From positions 48,670 to 112,669 of the forward strand of contig JBCBZT010000024.1 in NCBI GenBank assembly GCA_039815185.1: DNA of 64,000 nt. The letters run 5' to 3'. Position numbers and translations under genes: made by a program. This document shows, piece by piece, positions 38,763 through 48,072 of this stretch. Positions within the stretch are counted from its first letter, which is position 1. Each line of letters opens with the position of its first letter. The notes beneath the pieces were generated by a model. The model saw only the letters and a list, made by a program, of their open reading frames with translations, was not told where the DNA came from and did no database searches. This stretch comes from Cyanobacteria bacterium P01_A01_bin.123 (GTDB lineage Bacteria > Cyanobacteriota > Cyanobacteriia > Phormidesmidales > Phormidesmidaceae).

Positions 38763-41700
38763 ATGGCTTCCCAAAAAAATATCTCCGGCTGGTCAATACG
38801 GCGTCCGATTCCCACTATTGTGCTGTTTTTGGTGCTGACGTTGGCGGGTCTGGTTTCCTTCGGGCAATTGGGCATCGATCTCAACCCCAATATTGATTTC
38901 CCAGCGGTGGTTGTATCGGTTGATCAAATTGGAGCTGGGCCAGAGGAGCTGGAAACCCAGGTGACCAAAAATATTGAAGATGCGGTTGCAGGGCTAGGCA
39001 ATATCGATGAAATCCGCTCTACGATTACCGATGGCAGCTCATCTACAGTCATTAACTTTTTGTTGGGCACAGATATCGATCGTGCCACTAACGATGTGCG
39101 TGATGCGGTGTCGCGAATCCGTCAGGATTTGCCCCAAGACATCCAAGAGCCTAATGTGCGGCGATTGGAGTTTGAAGGCGGATCGATTTTGACTTACGCG
39201 GTGACGTCCCCCCAACGCTCGGTGGAAGAATTGAGCGATTTGATCGATCGCACGATCAGCCGCTCAATTCTGTCGGTGCAGGGGGTGGCCCAGGTCAATC
39301 GCATTGGTGGGGTCGATGAAGAAATTCGGGTTGATTTAGATCCAACTCAGCTCAATGCCTTAGGAATCACTGCCACCCAAGTCAACGATCAAACCCGCAG
39401 TTTCAACATCAACTTACCGGGTGGGCGGGTTGATATTTCAGGACAAGAGCAGGGCATTCGCACCTTGGGCAGTGCAGACACGGTGGATACGCTGCGCCAG
39501 TATCGAATTGTGCTGCCCAGCGGTGATGCTGTGCCTTTAGAAACCCTAGGGACAGTAGACAACAGCTATAGAGAAGTGCGCCAGTCTGCTTATCTGAATA
39601 ATGAACCCGTGGTGGCTTTTAGCGTACGACGCAGTAGCGGCAGTGTGTTAGTCAGTGTTGAAGAAGGGGTTCGGGCTCAGGTGGCCCAACTGGAGGAAAC
39701 GCTGCCTGACGACATTGAATTTGAGCTGATTTTCACTCTGGCTACTGACATTCGCGATTCCTATCAAGCGTCCATTGATGCCTTGGTTTTAGGCTGCATT
39801 TTAGCGGTCGTTGTCGTCGGCATTTTCTTGAAAGACTGGCGAGCCACGTTGATTACGGCCTGTGCCCTACCACTCTCGATTATCCCGACATTTCTAGTCA
39901 TTCAAACGCTGGGCTATACCCTCAACAGTATGACGCTACTCGCGTTAACCCTGGCTGTGGGTAACTTAGTCGATGATGCCATCGTTGAAATTGAAAACGT
40001 CGAGCGTCACCTGAATATGGGCAAACGACCCTACCAAGCTGCGTTGGACTCAACGGCTGAAGTTGGATTAGCTGTGATCACCACAACGGCAACGATTGTG
40101 GCCGTGTTCTTGCCTGTGGCGTTCATGGGCGGTATTCCGGGTCAGTTCTTCCAGCCGTTTGGCGTCACCGTGGCTGTTTCCACAATGTTTTCGACGCTGG
40201 TAGCCCGGTTGATGACGCCGATGATGTCAGCCTATTTGATGAAAGATCGGCGGGCTGCGTTGCGGATTCAGCGTAATGGTGATGGCCGAGCAAAAAAAGG
40301 TTTTCAAACCATCCCTTTCTTGAGTTTTGGCACTGGCAATGGCAGCAGCAGTCATGGTAACGGGGCTTCTGATGTCAATGGCAGTAGCAACGGCAGTAGC
40401 AACGGTAACGGTGCGATCCGGCCTCCCCAAAAGCCGGGGCTCTACCCCTATCGCCGCCTGCTAGGTGCTGCGCTGCGCCATCGATTGATGACGATTGCTC
40501 TCGCGATCGCGTTCTTTATGGGTAGCTTGATGCTGGTGCCGTTGATACCGACTAGCTTATTTGACTCCGGGGATACGGGCCTTTCGTTAGTGTCGGTAGA
40601 ACTGCCACCGGGGTCCACGTTGACCGACACGCAACAAGTAACCGAACGCCTATCCCAACGGATTTTAGAAGGTCCTGCCGTTGATAATGTGTTGTCTACC
40701 GAAGGGGGAGATGACGGGATAAACCAGGCTACCCTTTTCGTTCGGCTCAAACCCACCTCTGAACGCGACATTTCCCAAGCTCAGTTTGAACAGCAAGCTC
40801 GTGACCTATTTCAGCAGATTCCCGGTGCCCGCATTAGCTTTCAAAGTCAGGGGGCCTCTGGGGAGGGTAAAGATCTGACGATCGTGCTTAAAGGGGATGA
40901 ACCCGCTGCGTTAATGCAGGCGGCTAATGCCCTGACCCAAGCCATGAAAAATATTCCTGGCCTGGTGGAAGTGAATTCTACCGCTAGCCTGGTGCAGCCA
41001 GAGATTTTGATTACCCCCGACCCAGCTAGGGCTGCTGACTTGGGTGTTTCAGTCCAGTCGATTGCCAATACGGTGTCCTTGGCCACTATTGGCGATACGG
41101 AATCTAACCTGGCGGAGTTTGACTTGGGTGATCGCCAAATTCCCATCCGCGTCAGGCTCACCCCCGAAGCCCGCGACGATGTCAGTACCCTAGAAAGCCT
41201 CAAAGTCCCTAGCCAAACCGGACAGCTTGTCCCATTGGTAGCTGTGGCAGACTTGAGGTTTGGCAGCGGCCCGGCCCAAATCGATCGCTTCGATCGCGCC
41301 CGTCAAGTATCTGTAGGCGGCAACCTGCAAGGCATCACCCTAGGACAGGCGGTGCAGGCAGTCAATCAATTACCTGCACTGCAAAACCTGCCGTCTAGCG
41401 TGAGTCAACAACCCTCGGGTGATGCCGAGATTATGCGCGACATTTTTAGCCGTTTTGGGTTGGCCTTAGGAACTGCGGTACTAATGATTTTTGCCGTGCT
41501 GGTATTGCTTTATAACAACTTCCTTTATCCTTTCGCAGTGATGGCGGCGTTACCCCTTTCCATTGGTGGTGCACTGATGGGATTGCTGGTTGCCCAAAAA
41601 CCCTTGGGCCTGTTCGCCATGATCGGCGTGATTTTGCTGATGGGTTTGGTGACCAAAAACTCAATTTTGCTGGTGGACTATACCTTAATGGCTATGCAAG

Positions 41701-42038
41701 CGGGTAAATCGCGTCGAGAAGCGGTAGTAGAAGCCGGGGTGACTCGCCTACGCCCAATTTTGATGACTTCAATTTCCACCGTAGCCGGGATGGTACCCAT
41801 TGCCTTAGAACTTGGGGCCGGGGGCGAGGTCAGAAGCCCCATGGCGATCGCAGTTATTGGCGGCTTCACGACCTCAACACTGCTAACGCTAGTTGTGGTG
41901 CCTGTGTTCTTCACTTATATAGATGGCTTCCAAGCTGGTGTGGGGCAGTTAATACGAGGTCTAGGCCGGGGGAAACGGGCGCGATCGCCTAAGAAGCTTA
42001 AAGAAGCCGGAGAAACCCAAACGCCCGTGGGCAAATAG
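38763..42038 (+). CDS. RND efflux permease (AcrB/AcrD/AcrF family)
   Basis: VDDAIVEIEN, RLRPILMTS, GLVTKNSILLVD. Confidence 0.96.
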   Translation: MASQKNISGWSIRRPIPTIVLFLVLTLAGLVSFGQLGIDLNPNIDFPAVVVSVDQIGAGPEELETQVTKNIEDAVAGLGNIDEIRSTITDGSSSTVINFLLGTDIDRATNDVRDAVSRIRQDLPQDIQEPNVRRLEFEGGSILTYAVTSPQRSVEELSDLIDRTISRSILSVQGVAQVNRIGGVDEEIRVDLDPTQLNALGITATQVNDQTRSFNINLPGGRVDISGQEQGIRTLGSADTVDTLRQYRIVLPSGDAVPLETLGTVDNSYREVRQSAYLNNEPVVAFSVRRSSGSVLVSVEEGVRAQVAQLEETLPDDIEFELIFTLATDIRDSYQASIDALVLGCILAVVVVGIFLKDWRATLITACALPLSIIPTFLVIQTLGYTLNSMTLLALTLAVGNLVDDAIVEIENVERHLNMGKRPYQAALDSTAEVGLAVITTTATIVAVFLPVAFMGGIPGQFFQPFGVTVAVSTMFSTLVARLMTPMMSAYLMKDRRAALRIQRNGDGRAKKGFQTIPFLSFGTGNGSSSHGNGASDVNGSSNGSSNGNGAIRPPQKPGLYPYRRLLGAALRHRLMTIALAIAFFMGSLMLVPLIPTSLFDSGDTGLSLVSVELPPGSTLTDTQQVTERLSQRILEGPAVDNVLSTEGGDDGINQATLFVRLKPTSERDISQAQFEQQARDLFQQIPGARISFQSQGASGEGKDLTIVLKGDEPAALMQAANALTQAMKNIPGLVEVNSTASLVQPEILITPDPARAADLGVSVQSIANTVSLATIGDTESNLAEFDLGDRQIPIRVRLTPEARDDVSTLESLKVPSQTGQLVPLVAVADLRFGSGPAQIDRFDRARQVSVGGNLQGITLGQAVQAVNQLPALQNLPSSVSQQPSGDAEIMRDIFSRFGLALGTAVLMIFAVLVLLYNNFLYPFAVMAALPLSIGGALMGLLVAQKPLGLFAMIGVILLMGLVTKNSILLVDYTLMAMQAGKSRREAVVEAGVTRLRPILMTSISTVAGMVPIALELGAGGEVRSPMAIAVIGGFTTSTLLTLVVVPVFFTYIDGFQAGVGQLIRGLGRGKRARSPKKLKEAGETQTPVGK

Positions 42039-42041
42039 CCC

Positions 42042-42047
42042 TATAAT
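42042..42047 (+). promoter_or_regulatory. -10 box of tRNA promoter
   Basis: Consensus TATAAT ending 11 bp before the tRNA 5' end. Confidence 0.55.
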
Positions 42048-42058
42048 GTGAGTCCACT

Positions 42059-42130
42059 GCGGGTGTAGTTCAGTGGTAGAACGTCAGCTTCCCAAGCTGA
42101 ATGCCGACGGTTCGAGTCCGTTCACCCGCT
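42059..42130 (+). tRNA. tRNA-Gly(CCC)
   Basis: Acceptor GCGGGTG/CACCCGC, anticodon arm TCAGC-TTCCCAA-GCTGA, T-loop TTCGAGT; CCA not encoded. Confidence 0.96.
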
Positions 42131-42133
42131 TTC

Positions 42134-42179
42134 AATCCGAAAGCCCGTTAAATCGACTGGTTTAACGGGCTTTCGGATT
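42134..42179 (+). terminator. 19-bp inverted repeat after the tRNA
   Basis: AATCCGAAAGCCCGTTAAA-TCGACTGG-TTTAACGGGCTTTCGGATT. Confidence 0.7.
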
Positions 42180-42318
42180 TTAAAACCTTCTGTTTTTTAA
42201 TCTCAAATACCTGGTTGAGAACATTGCTTTGGGCATTTTTGGGTGAATTTTGCCTGATTATTGGGGTAAGATTGGGGTAAACAATAGAACGCTTGTACTT
42301 TAGCCGGAGGTGCTCATC

Positions 42319-43512
42319 ATGTCCTCAAGCTCAAATCGCCGCAAAGCTACCAAGGGTTCGGTTCGTGTCAAATCTTCTAATCAACGACTGCAACTTGTCT
42401 TTACCTATGGTGGGCGACGTCATTATCTCACCCTTGAATTAACGGATACGCCTCTTAGTCGAAGAGTCGCTGAAGCCAAGGCCAAGCTAATTGAATCTGA
42501 TATTACGCTCGATCGTTTTGATGTTTCGCTAGCAAAGTACAAACCAAAGTCTGCCCTTAGTACAGTTACCCCAACTGTTACTCCAATCGCGAAACAGCCT
42601 TCATTGGCTGACCTGTGGTCAACATTTATTGAATTTAAGCGGCCCCAATGTTCCCCTAACACCATGAAGTACATGTACGGGCCTTTTTCCGGGTATGTCG
42701 CAAAACTACCCACCCATGACTTGAGTCGGGCGTACGAGATTAGGGATTATGTGCTGAAAAATATTCCACTTGATTCGGGTAAGCGTTTTCTGACACGCCT
42801 CTCTGCTTGTTGCGAGCTAGCGATTAAATCAGGTGTCCTTGCCCAAAATCCCTTTGCTGGCATGGCTGCTGAGATCAAACTCCCTAAATCAGCCAAGGCA
42901 GAAGGCTTGAATGACATTGACCCATTTTCAATCGCGGAAAGGGATGCCATTATTCACGCAATTGAAACTGATCAGTTCTGTCCGCATAAATCAGGGTTCA
43001 AGCACAGTTGTTATGCACCGTTGATCAAGTTTCTGTTTGCAACGGGCTGCCGCCCTTCTGAAGCTGTGGCTCTACAGTGGAAGCATATTTCGAAGGATTT
43101 TCGCCAAATCACTTTTGAGCAAGCTGTCATTGGAACAGATTCTGGTAAACGAATTCGCAAAGGGTTGAAAACTCAGGAACGTCGGAAGTTTCCTTGCAAT
43201 GACAAGTTGCAAAATCTGTTAAGAAGTATTGAGCCAGAGGATGTGACCATTGAAGCACTTGTTTTCCCTTCACCTACGGGGAAATCCGTTGATCTGAATA
43301 ATTTCAGAAATCGTACCTGGAAAACGGTTATCAACGGACTCAATATTGACTACCGCAAGCTATATCAGACTCGTCATACGTTTATTACCCACGCCCTAGA
43401 AACGGGCAAGTTGGATGCTAAGGATGTTGCTCGTTTAGTGGGCAATTCTCCAGAAGTTATTTATCAGCATTACGCGGGGAACAAGCGAGAGCTATTTGTG
43501 CCTGAGTTTTAG
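42319..43512 (+). CDS. Tyrosine integrase with N-terminal arm-binding domain
   Basis: RLQLVFTYGGRRHYL arm domain; TGCRPSE, LKT, YQTRHTF, VGNS, HY catalytic motifs. Confidence 0.95.
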   Translation: MSSSSNRRKATKGSVRVKSSNQRLQLVFTYGGRRHYLTLELTDTPLSRRVAEAKAKLIESDITLDRFDVSLAKYKPKSALSTVTPTVTPIAKQPSLADLWSTFIEFKRPQCSPNTMKYMYGPFSGYVAKLPTHDLSRAYEIRDYVLKNIPLDSGKRFLTRLSACCELAIKSGVLAQNPFAGMAAEIKLPKSAKAEGLNDIDPFSIAERDAIIHAIETDQFCPHKSGFKHSCYAPLIKFLFATGCRPSEAVALQWKHISKDFRQITFEQAVIGTDSGKRIRKGLKTQERRKFPCNDKLQNLLRSIEPEDVTIEALVFPSPTGKSVDLNNFRNRTWKTVINGLNIDYRKLYQTRHTFITHALETGKLDAKDVARLVGNSPEVIYQHYAGNKRELFVPEF

Positions 43513-43544
43513 GCTTAACGATAGGTTGAGGCGCGATCGCACTT

Positions 43545-44306
43545 ATGGTGACTGGTCAGAACGAGTTTTCTCATTCGTCTTCAGTCGTATCTAAAGTACG
43601 TTTGCAACTCAGCGATCGCAGCCCTAGACAAGCCCAGCGATCGCCCTCTGCCCCACTACAGAGGCAAACCTATTATGACCATAAACACCAACAAACCCCA
43701 GCCCAACGCCTATCAAAGGCAATCAACGATCTGCACAAGCTTAGAAACTATGCCGACATGATTTATCGGGCTGAATCCTGGAGTGAGATGGAATCAGGGC
43801 AGTCAAAGGGAACCCCAGCCCTGGTCGATGAAAGCTGTGTAATTCTCGATAGCCTTACCGATGAGCTATCAGAGTTACACGCAGGCTTGCTCTACGGTAG
43901 GCCACAGATCCAAGCCCAGCTCACCGCGCAAGAGAGAGCCGTCAAATACCAAACCCTGATCCGAGGCTTACCCGTCGTCGCTGCATACCTGCATGACATC
44001 AGCTCTGAAGTGTTCGGTCACTTGGATGTCTACGCCTCGATTGAAGCCCGCTTAAACCGTCCCCCGGCTGAGCTGAGAGGACAACCGCTCACAGCCCAGC
44101 GCTTTCCATCTGAAGTGATTGAGATTAGGCGTCACTGCATCCAAAAGACAATCAGTAACGATCAAGGCCACACTGAGCGCTATACCTTTCAAGATGATCA
44201 GTTCTGGCGCTTCCGGTATACGGCAATCCCGTTGTATGGGGCTGAAGAAGTGCTATGCGTGATTGAGGATGATCAGGATTGGCAGCTTGGGTATTGGACT
44301 GATTAG
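43545..44306 (+). CDS. Hypothetical protein with C-terminal PAS-like fold
   Basis: NRPPAELRGQPL...FP...ERYTF...RYTAIPL...VLCVIED pattern; start uncertain. Confidence 0.55.
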   Translation: MVTGQNEFSHSSSVVSKVRLQLSDRSPRQAQRSPSAPLQRQTYYDHKHQQTPAQRLSKAINDLHKLRNYADMIYRAESWSEMESGQSKGTPALVDESCVILDSLTDELSELHAGLLYGRPQIQAQLTAQERAVKYQTLIRGLPVVAAYLHDISSEVFGHLDVYASIEARLNRPPAELRGQPLTAQRFPSEVIEIRRHCIQKTISNDQGHTERYTFQDDQFWRFRYTAIPLYGAEEVLCVIEDDQDWQLGYWTD

Positions 44307-44331
44307 TGGGAATGCAGTCAACAGTATGATG

Positions 44332-44357
44332 AACCCGGTCATTGCGACCGGGTTTTA
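44332..44357 (+). terminator. Hairpin after the PAS-like gene
   Basis: AACCCGGTC-ATTGC-GACCGGGTT followed by TTAT. Confidence 0.55.
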
Positions 44358-44427
44358 TCTTGTAAATGCGACGCGCCAACGTTTTCGATATCGGTGACGC
44401 GTCACCGTTTTGTCGTTAGGTCTGAAG

Positions 44428-44526
44428 TGAAGATCTTGTATACCACCTGATCCCTGTGCTACGAAGGGTGAAAGGTTGGGGGAAGGGGATGGCGAATCCT
44501 GAGCATGTGGAGCGGCTGAAGGCTGG
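44428..44526 (+). repeat. Left arm of ~100-bp inverted repeat
   Basis: Matches the reverse complement of ~46975-47073; perfect runs of 41 and 30 bp. Confidence 0.93.
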
Positions 44527-45556
44527 GGTTGAGGAATGGAATGAGTGGAGAAGGGCGAATCCTGATGCGCTAATAAATCTAGAGGGTGCTGACCTGAGCC
44601 ATTCTAACCTCGACCATGTCAACCTCGACCATGTCAACCTCGACCATGTCAACCTCGACTATGTCAACCTGAGCCATGCTAACCTCTGCAGTGCTCATCT
44701 CTCCTGCGCTTATCTCTGGGGTGCAGACCTTGTAGGTGCCAGCCTCAGTCGTGCCTACCTCGGTAATGCTCAACTCAGTAATGCCCACCTCAGCGGTGGA
44801 CGCCTCAGCGGTGGACGCCTCAGCGGTGGACACCTCAGCGGTGCTGACCTCTGGTGTACTGACCTCAGCGACGCTGACCTTAGCGACGCCAACCTCAGCG
44901 ATGCTGACCTGACTAATGCTAACCTCGCTATAGCTAGCGTCCTTGGAGCCAACTTTTCAGGTGCAGTCCTAACAGGTGCCTGTATCGAAGACTGGAATAT
45001 CAACAGTCAGACAAACCTAGCAGGCATTATCTGCGAATACATCTATCTCCAACAAGGCCAGCAAAAACGCCGACCCCTCTCAGGCACCTTTGCTCCTGGC
45101 GACTTTGCGAGGCTAGTCCAAAAAACAGTCAGCACCATTGACCTGATCTTCCGTAATGGCATCAATTGGGAAGCCTTCGCACAATCCTATGAGCAGCTAC
45201 GGATAGAAGCGGGCAGCGATGAGCTGAAGATCAAATCCATTGAAGACAAGGACGATGGTGGCTTTGTCGTTCGCGTGAACACACCGCCCGGTGCCGACAA
45301 TGCCAAAATCCAGCAGTTCCTTGAAGAGAACTATCAGAAGCGGCTCAAGGCGATTGAGGATCGCTACCGTGCCCAGTTGCAGGCCAAGGATGAAAAGCTA
45401 GATATCTACCGCCAAGAAAACACAAACCTTTGGGCGATCGCCCAAGCATTGGCGACCAGACCACCATCGGTAACTCAAAACATTAATGCTATCTACGGCG
45501 GCAATGCTGGCAGTGTAGGGAGTGCTCAGAACATCAACCCACCCCCTGAGCCATAG
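44489..45556 (+). CDS. Pentapeptide-repeat protein A (island)
   Basis: MANPEHVERLKAG..WNEWR, pentapeptides, LTGACIEDWNIN...TIDLIF domain; ATG at 44489. Confidence 0.9.
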   Translation: MANPEHVERLKAGVEEWNEWRRANPDALINLEGADLSHSNLDHVNLDHVNLDHVNLDYVNLSHANLCSAHLSCAYLWGADLVGASLSRAYLGNAQLSNAHLSGGRLSGGRLSGGHLSGADLWCTDLSDADLSDANLSDADLTNANLAIASVLGANFSGAVLTGACIEDWNINSQTNLAGIICEYIYLQQGQQKRRPLSGTFAPGDFARLVQKTVSTIDLIFRNGINWEAFAQSYEQLRIEAGSDELKIKSIEDKDDGGFVVRVNTPPGADNAKIQQFLEENYQKRLKAIEDRYRAQLQAKDEKLDIYRQENTNLWAIAQALATRPPSVTQNINAIYGGNAGSVGSAQNINPPPEP

Positions 45557-45560
45557 TCCC

Positions 45561-47012
45561 TTATTTCCCCTTCTCCCAGCCATCAACAGCGGCAACCACG
45601 ATCGCCCCAGCAGGATGCTCGACCAGCTTCTCAACTGCCTTTTTGCCAGCGCTCTTGATTGCTCCAACAATTCTGCCTCTAAGTTGGGGATTGCTCTTGA
45701 TCTGAGCTTCAGCCTTAGCAGGCACTTCAGTCAAGGGATATGTCTCTGAAAGCTGCTCTAATAGGGCTTGAATCTCCTGTGCTGCCTCAGCAAGGGTCTT
45801 CTGCTGTTCAGGAGTGTAGACGTTCATATCGCCTTCGACATTGCCTGCAACGCCACCATAGACAGTGCCGATCTCTTGTTTGACTTTGGGGTTCTCTGCC
45901 ATTGCTTTTACCATTGCCTCCTGTGATTCAATTAATCGGTTGTGCGATTCAAACAGTCGGTTAATTGTTTGTGTGCCCCGCTCGACTTGCCCCTCCAAAT
46001 CTTTGATACGAGTTTTATAACCCTGCATTATTCCAGCGTGGATCTGAGGTTGATCCGCATCAAGGGCAGATCTGAGCTTGACGATTACAACCCCATCGCC
46101 TTTGTTTTCAATGCTTTCAACTTCGATCTGAGCACCTGCATGTTCGACCTGCACCTGCTTAAAGGAATGGGCAAAAGCTCTCCAGTCCAGTCCTTCTCTA
46201 AAGATCAGGTCGATGGTGTCACGGCTCTGCTGGTAGAGCTTGGTGAACTCACCAGGCTTGAAAGTGCCTGTTAGTGGACGGCGCTCCTGTTGGTTGCGTT
46301 TCAGGTAGATGTATTCGCAGACCACCCCCTCTAGGTTTGTCTCGCTGTTGATATTCCAGTCCTTGATGCAAGCGCCTGTCAGTGTTGCGCCTTGAAAATT
46401 AGCTCCGAGGGCTTGGGCACCGCTGAGGTCGGCCATGTTGAGTTCGGCACTGCTGAGGTCGGCACCGTTGAGGTCGGCACCGTTGAGGATGGCATTGATG
46501 AGGTTGGCATCGCTGAGATCGGCCCTTCTGAGGTTGGCACCGTTGAGGATGGCATTGATGAGGTTGGCACATCTGAGTTCGGCACCGCTGAGGTTGGCAT
46601 CGCTGAGGTTGGCACCGTTGAGTTCGGCCCTTCTAAGGTCGGCCATGTTGAGTTCGGCCCTGCTGAGGTCGGCACAGTTGAGGTCGGCACAGTTGAGGAT
46701 GGCATTGATGAGGTTGGCATCGCTGAGACAGGCATTGTTGAGGTTGGCATTGCTGAGATCGGCAATAATGAGGTTGGCATAGGAGAGGTTGGCACGACTG
46801 AGGTCGGCACCTCTGAGGTCGGTATCTCTGAGGTCGGCACTGCTGAGATCGGCATCGCTGAGATCGGCATCGCTGAGGTTGGCATCGCTGAGGTTGGCTT
46901 GCCAGATTGTGGCACCACTAAGATCTGGCTTTATTTCAGGATTCCTTGCTCTCCACTCATCCCATCCCCAAAAACCAGCCTTCAACCGTTCCAAATGCTC
47001 AGGATTCGCCAT
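45561..47012 (-). CDS. Pentapeptide-repeat protein B (island)
   Basis: Same architecture as A plus C-terminal TLAEAAQEIQALLEQL helical domain; ATG at 47012. Confidence 0.9.
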   Translation of the reverse strand: MANPEHLERLKAGFWGWDEWRARNPEIKPDLSGATIWQANLSDANLSDADLSDADLSSADLRDTDLRGADLSRANLSYANLIIADLSNANLNNACLSDANLINAILNCADLNCADLSRAELNMADLRRAELNGANLSDANLSGAELRCANLINAILNGANLRRADLSDANLINAILNGADLNGADLSSAELNMADLSGAQALGANFQGATLTGACIKDWNINSETNLEGVVCEYIYLKRNQQERRPLTGTFKPGEFTKLYQQSRDTIDLIFREGLDWRAFAHSFKQVQVEHAGAQIEVESIENKGDGVVIVKLRSALDADQPQIHAGIMQGYKTRIKDLEGQVERGTQTINRLFESHNRLIESQEAMVKAMAENPKVKQEIGTVYGGVAGNVEGDMNVYTPEQQKTLAEAAQEIQALLEQLSETYPLTEVPAKAEAQIKSNPQLRGRIVGAIKSAGKKAVEKLVEHPAGAIVVAAVDGWEKGK

Positions 47013-47073
47013 CCCCTTCCCCCAGCCTTTCACCCTTCGTAGCACAGGGATCAGGTGGTATACAAGCTCTTCA
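46975..47073 (-). repeat. Right arm of ~100-bp inverted repeat
   Basis: Reverse complement of 44428-44526. Confidence 0.93.
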
Positions 47074-47198
47074 ACTTGTGTTTAATTAATACGCTTGGGC
47101 TAATGCGTGACGCCGTCACGTTTTTTGAGGGCATTGTTGCCACTGCCCCACCACCAATCCCCTCGCTATCCTCTTAGGAGTCGAGTCAGGCCAACGCA

Positions 47199-47645
47199 TT
47201 GCAAACCATCGCCCCGATAGACTTCAACACCTTGTGTGACGGCTCACTCAGGCAAGTAGGCAAGATCCGCTACAGCTTCCTTGAGGCGGGCTGGTTAGCC
47301 TTTGAGGGGTTAGCAGGCTGGACGAACACGCGGGGGTGCCCTGATGGGGCATCGACGCTAGAGTTTGAACACCTCCATCTCCATAAAGAGCTATTAACGC
47401 GCCTTAAACAGGTACCTGAAGCCAGTTCAACGCACAGCTTCATCGAGGCTCAATCAAGTCTGTGTGAACGCCTGCTCGGGCTAAATGGGATTCATCCCGA
47501 GTGTGTCGATACCCGCCTAACGCGCTGGCTATTGCTACCCCACACCGAAGGCGGTCAGGTTCACATGGCACCGCTTGAACTAATCAACAGACCAGAGTGG
47601 ATCACCGCGATGATGCTACGCAATGGGGTGAAGCCCAATGGTTAA
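47199..47645 (+). CDS. Hypothetical protein, possibly phage-derived
   Basis: 148-aa ORF overlapping the start of the tape-measure-like fragment. Confidence 0.55.
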   Translation: MQTIAPIDFNTLCDGSLRQVGKIRYSFLEAGWLAFEGLAGWTNTRGCPDGASTLEFEHLHLHKELLTRLKQVPEASSTHSFIEAQSSLCERLLGLNGIHPECVDTRLTRWLLLPHTEGGQVHMAPLELINRPEWITAMMLRNGVKPNG

Positions 47646-48072
47646 CCCGCTCAAGCTTGGCTTCACGATTAGCGCCAACGGCGGCAATCAATCTGCCCGC
47701 GAAGTGCTGTTGATGGAGCAAGCCCTAAAGGACATCCGGGAAGAAAACAAACGGGTACAACAAACTGCGGCGAAGCTGAAGGACGTTTACAACCTGGATG
47801 ATTCAGAGATCCGTCAAGTCATCGCCCGTCTGCAACAAATGCAAAAGGAAACTGAGGAAGCGCAGCGGGAAGCGGGTGGTCTATCCAGAGCGATTGAGGG
47901 GATTGGCCAAGGGATTGGTCAAGGCATCTTTGGGGCAGTCACAGGTTTAGCCAGTGGTGCGATTGAAGGCGTTAAAGGACTACTGGCTTCCACGCTTGAA
48001 GTAGGTTCAGCAGCTCAACTATCCGAGACATCCTTCAAAAAACCCTTAAAGACCATACAGGTATTGTCTTGA
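47638..48072 (+). pseudogene. Truncated phage tape-measure-like N-terminus
   Basis: LGFTISANG start, coiled coil, Gly-rich GIGQGIGQGIFGAV..., SETSFK, then abrupt switch to WD40-derived DNA. Confidence 0.55.

Noticed and set aside
44590..46900. Diversity-generating retroelement
   Set aside because: The NNC/NNT bias is suggestive, but no reverse transcriptase or template repeat is visible, and several variable codons (AGG, ATG, GAA) do not fit a simple AAC/AAT template
44416..47085. Antisense and shifted repeat ORFs (LRSA-, AEVG-, PTS-rich)
   Set aside because: Stop-free shadows of the pentapeptide repeats; the same applies to 30072..30392 and 30798..31103
48030..48050. Programmed -1 frameshift
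   Set aside because: No canonical X XXY YYZ heptamer in frame; the two sides look like unrelated gene fragments
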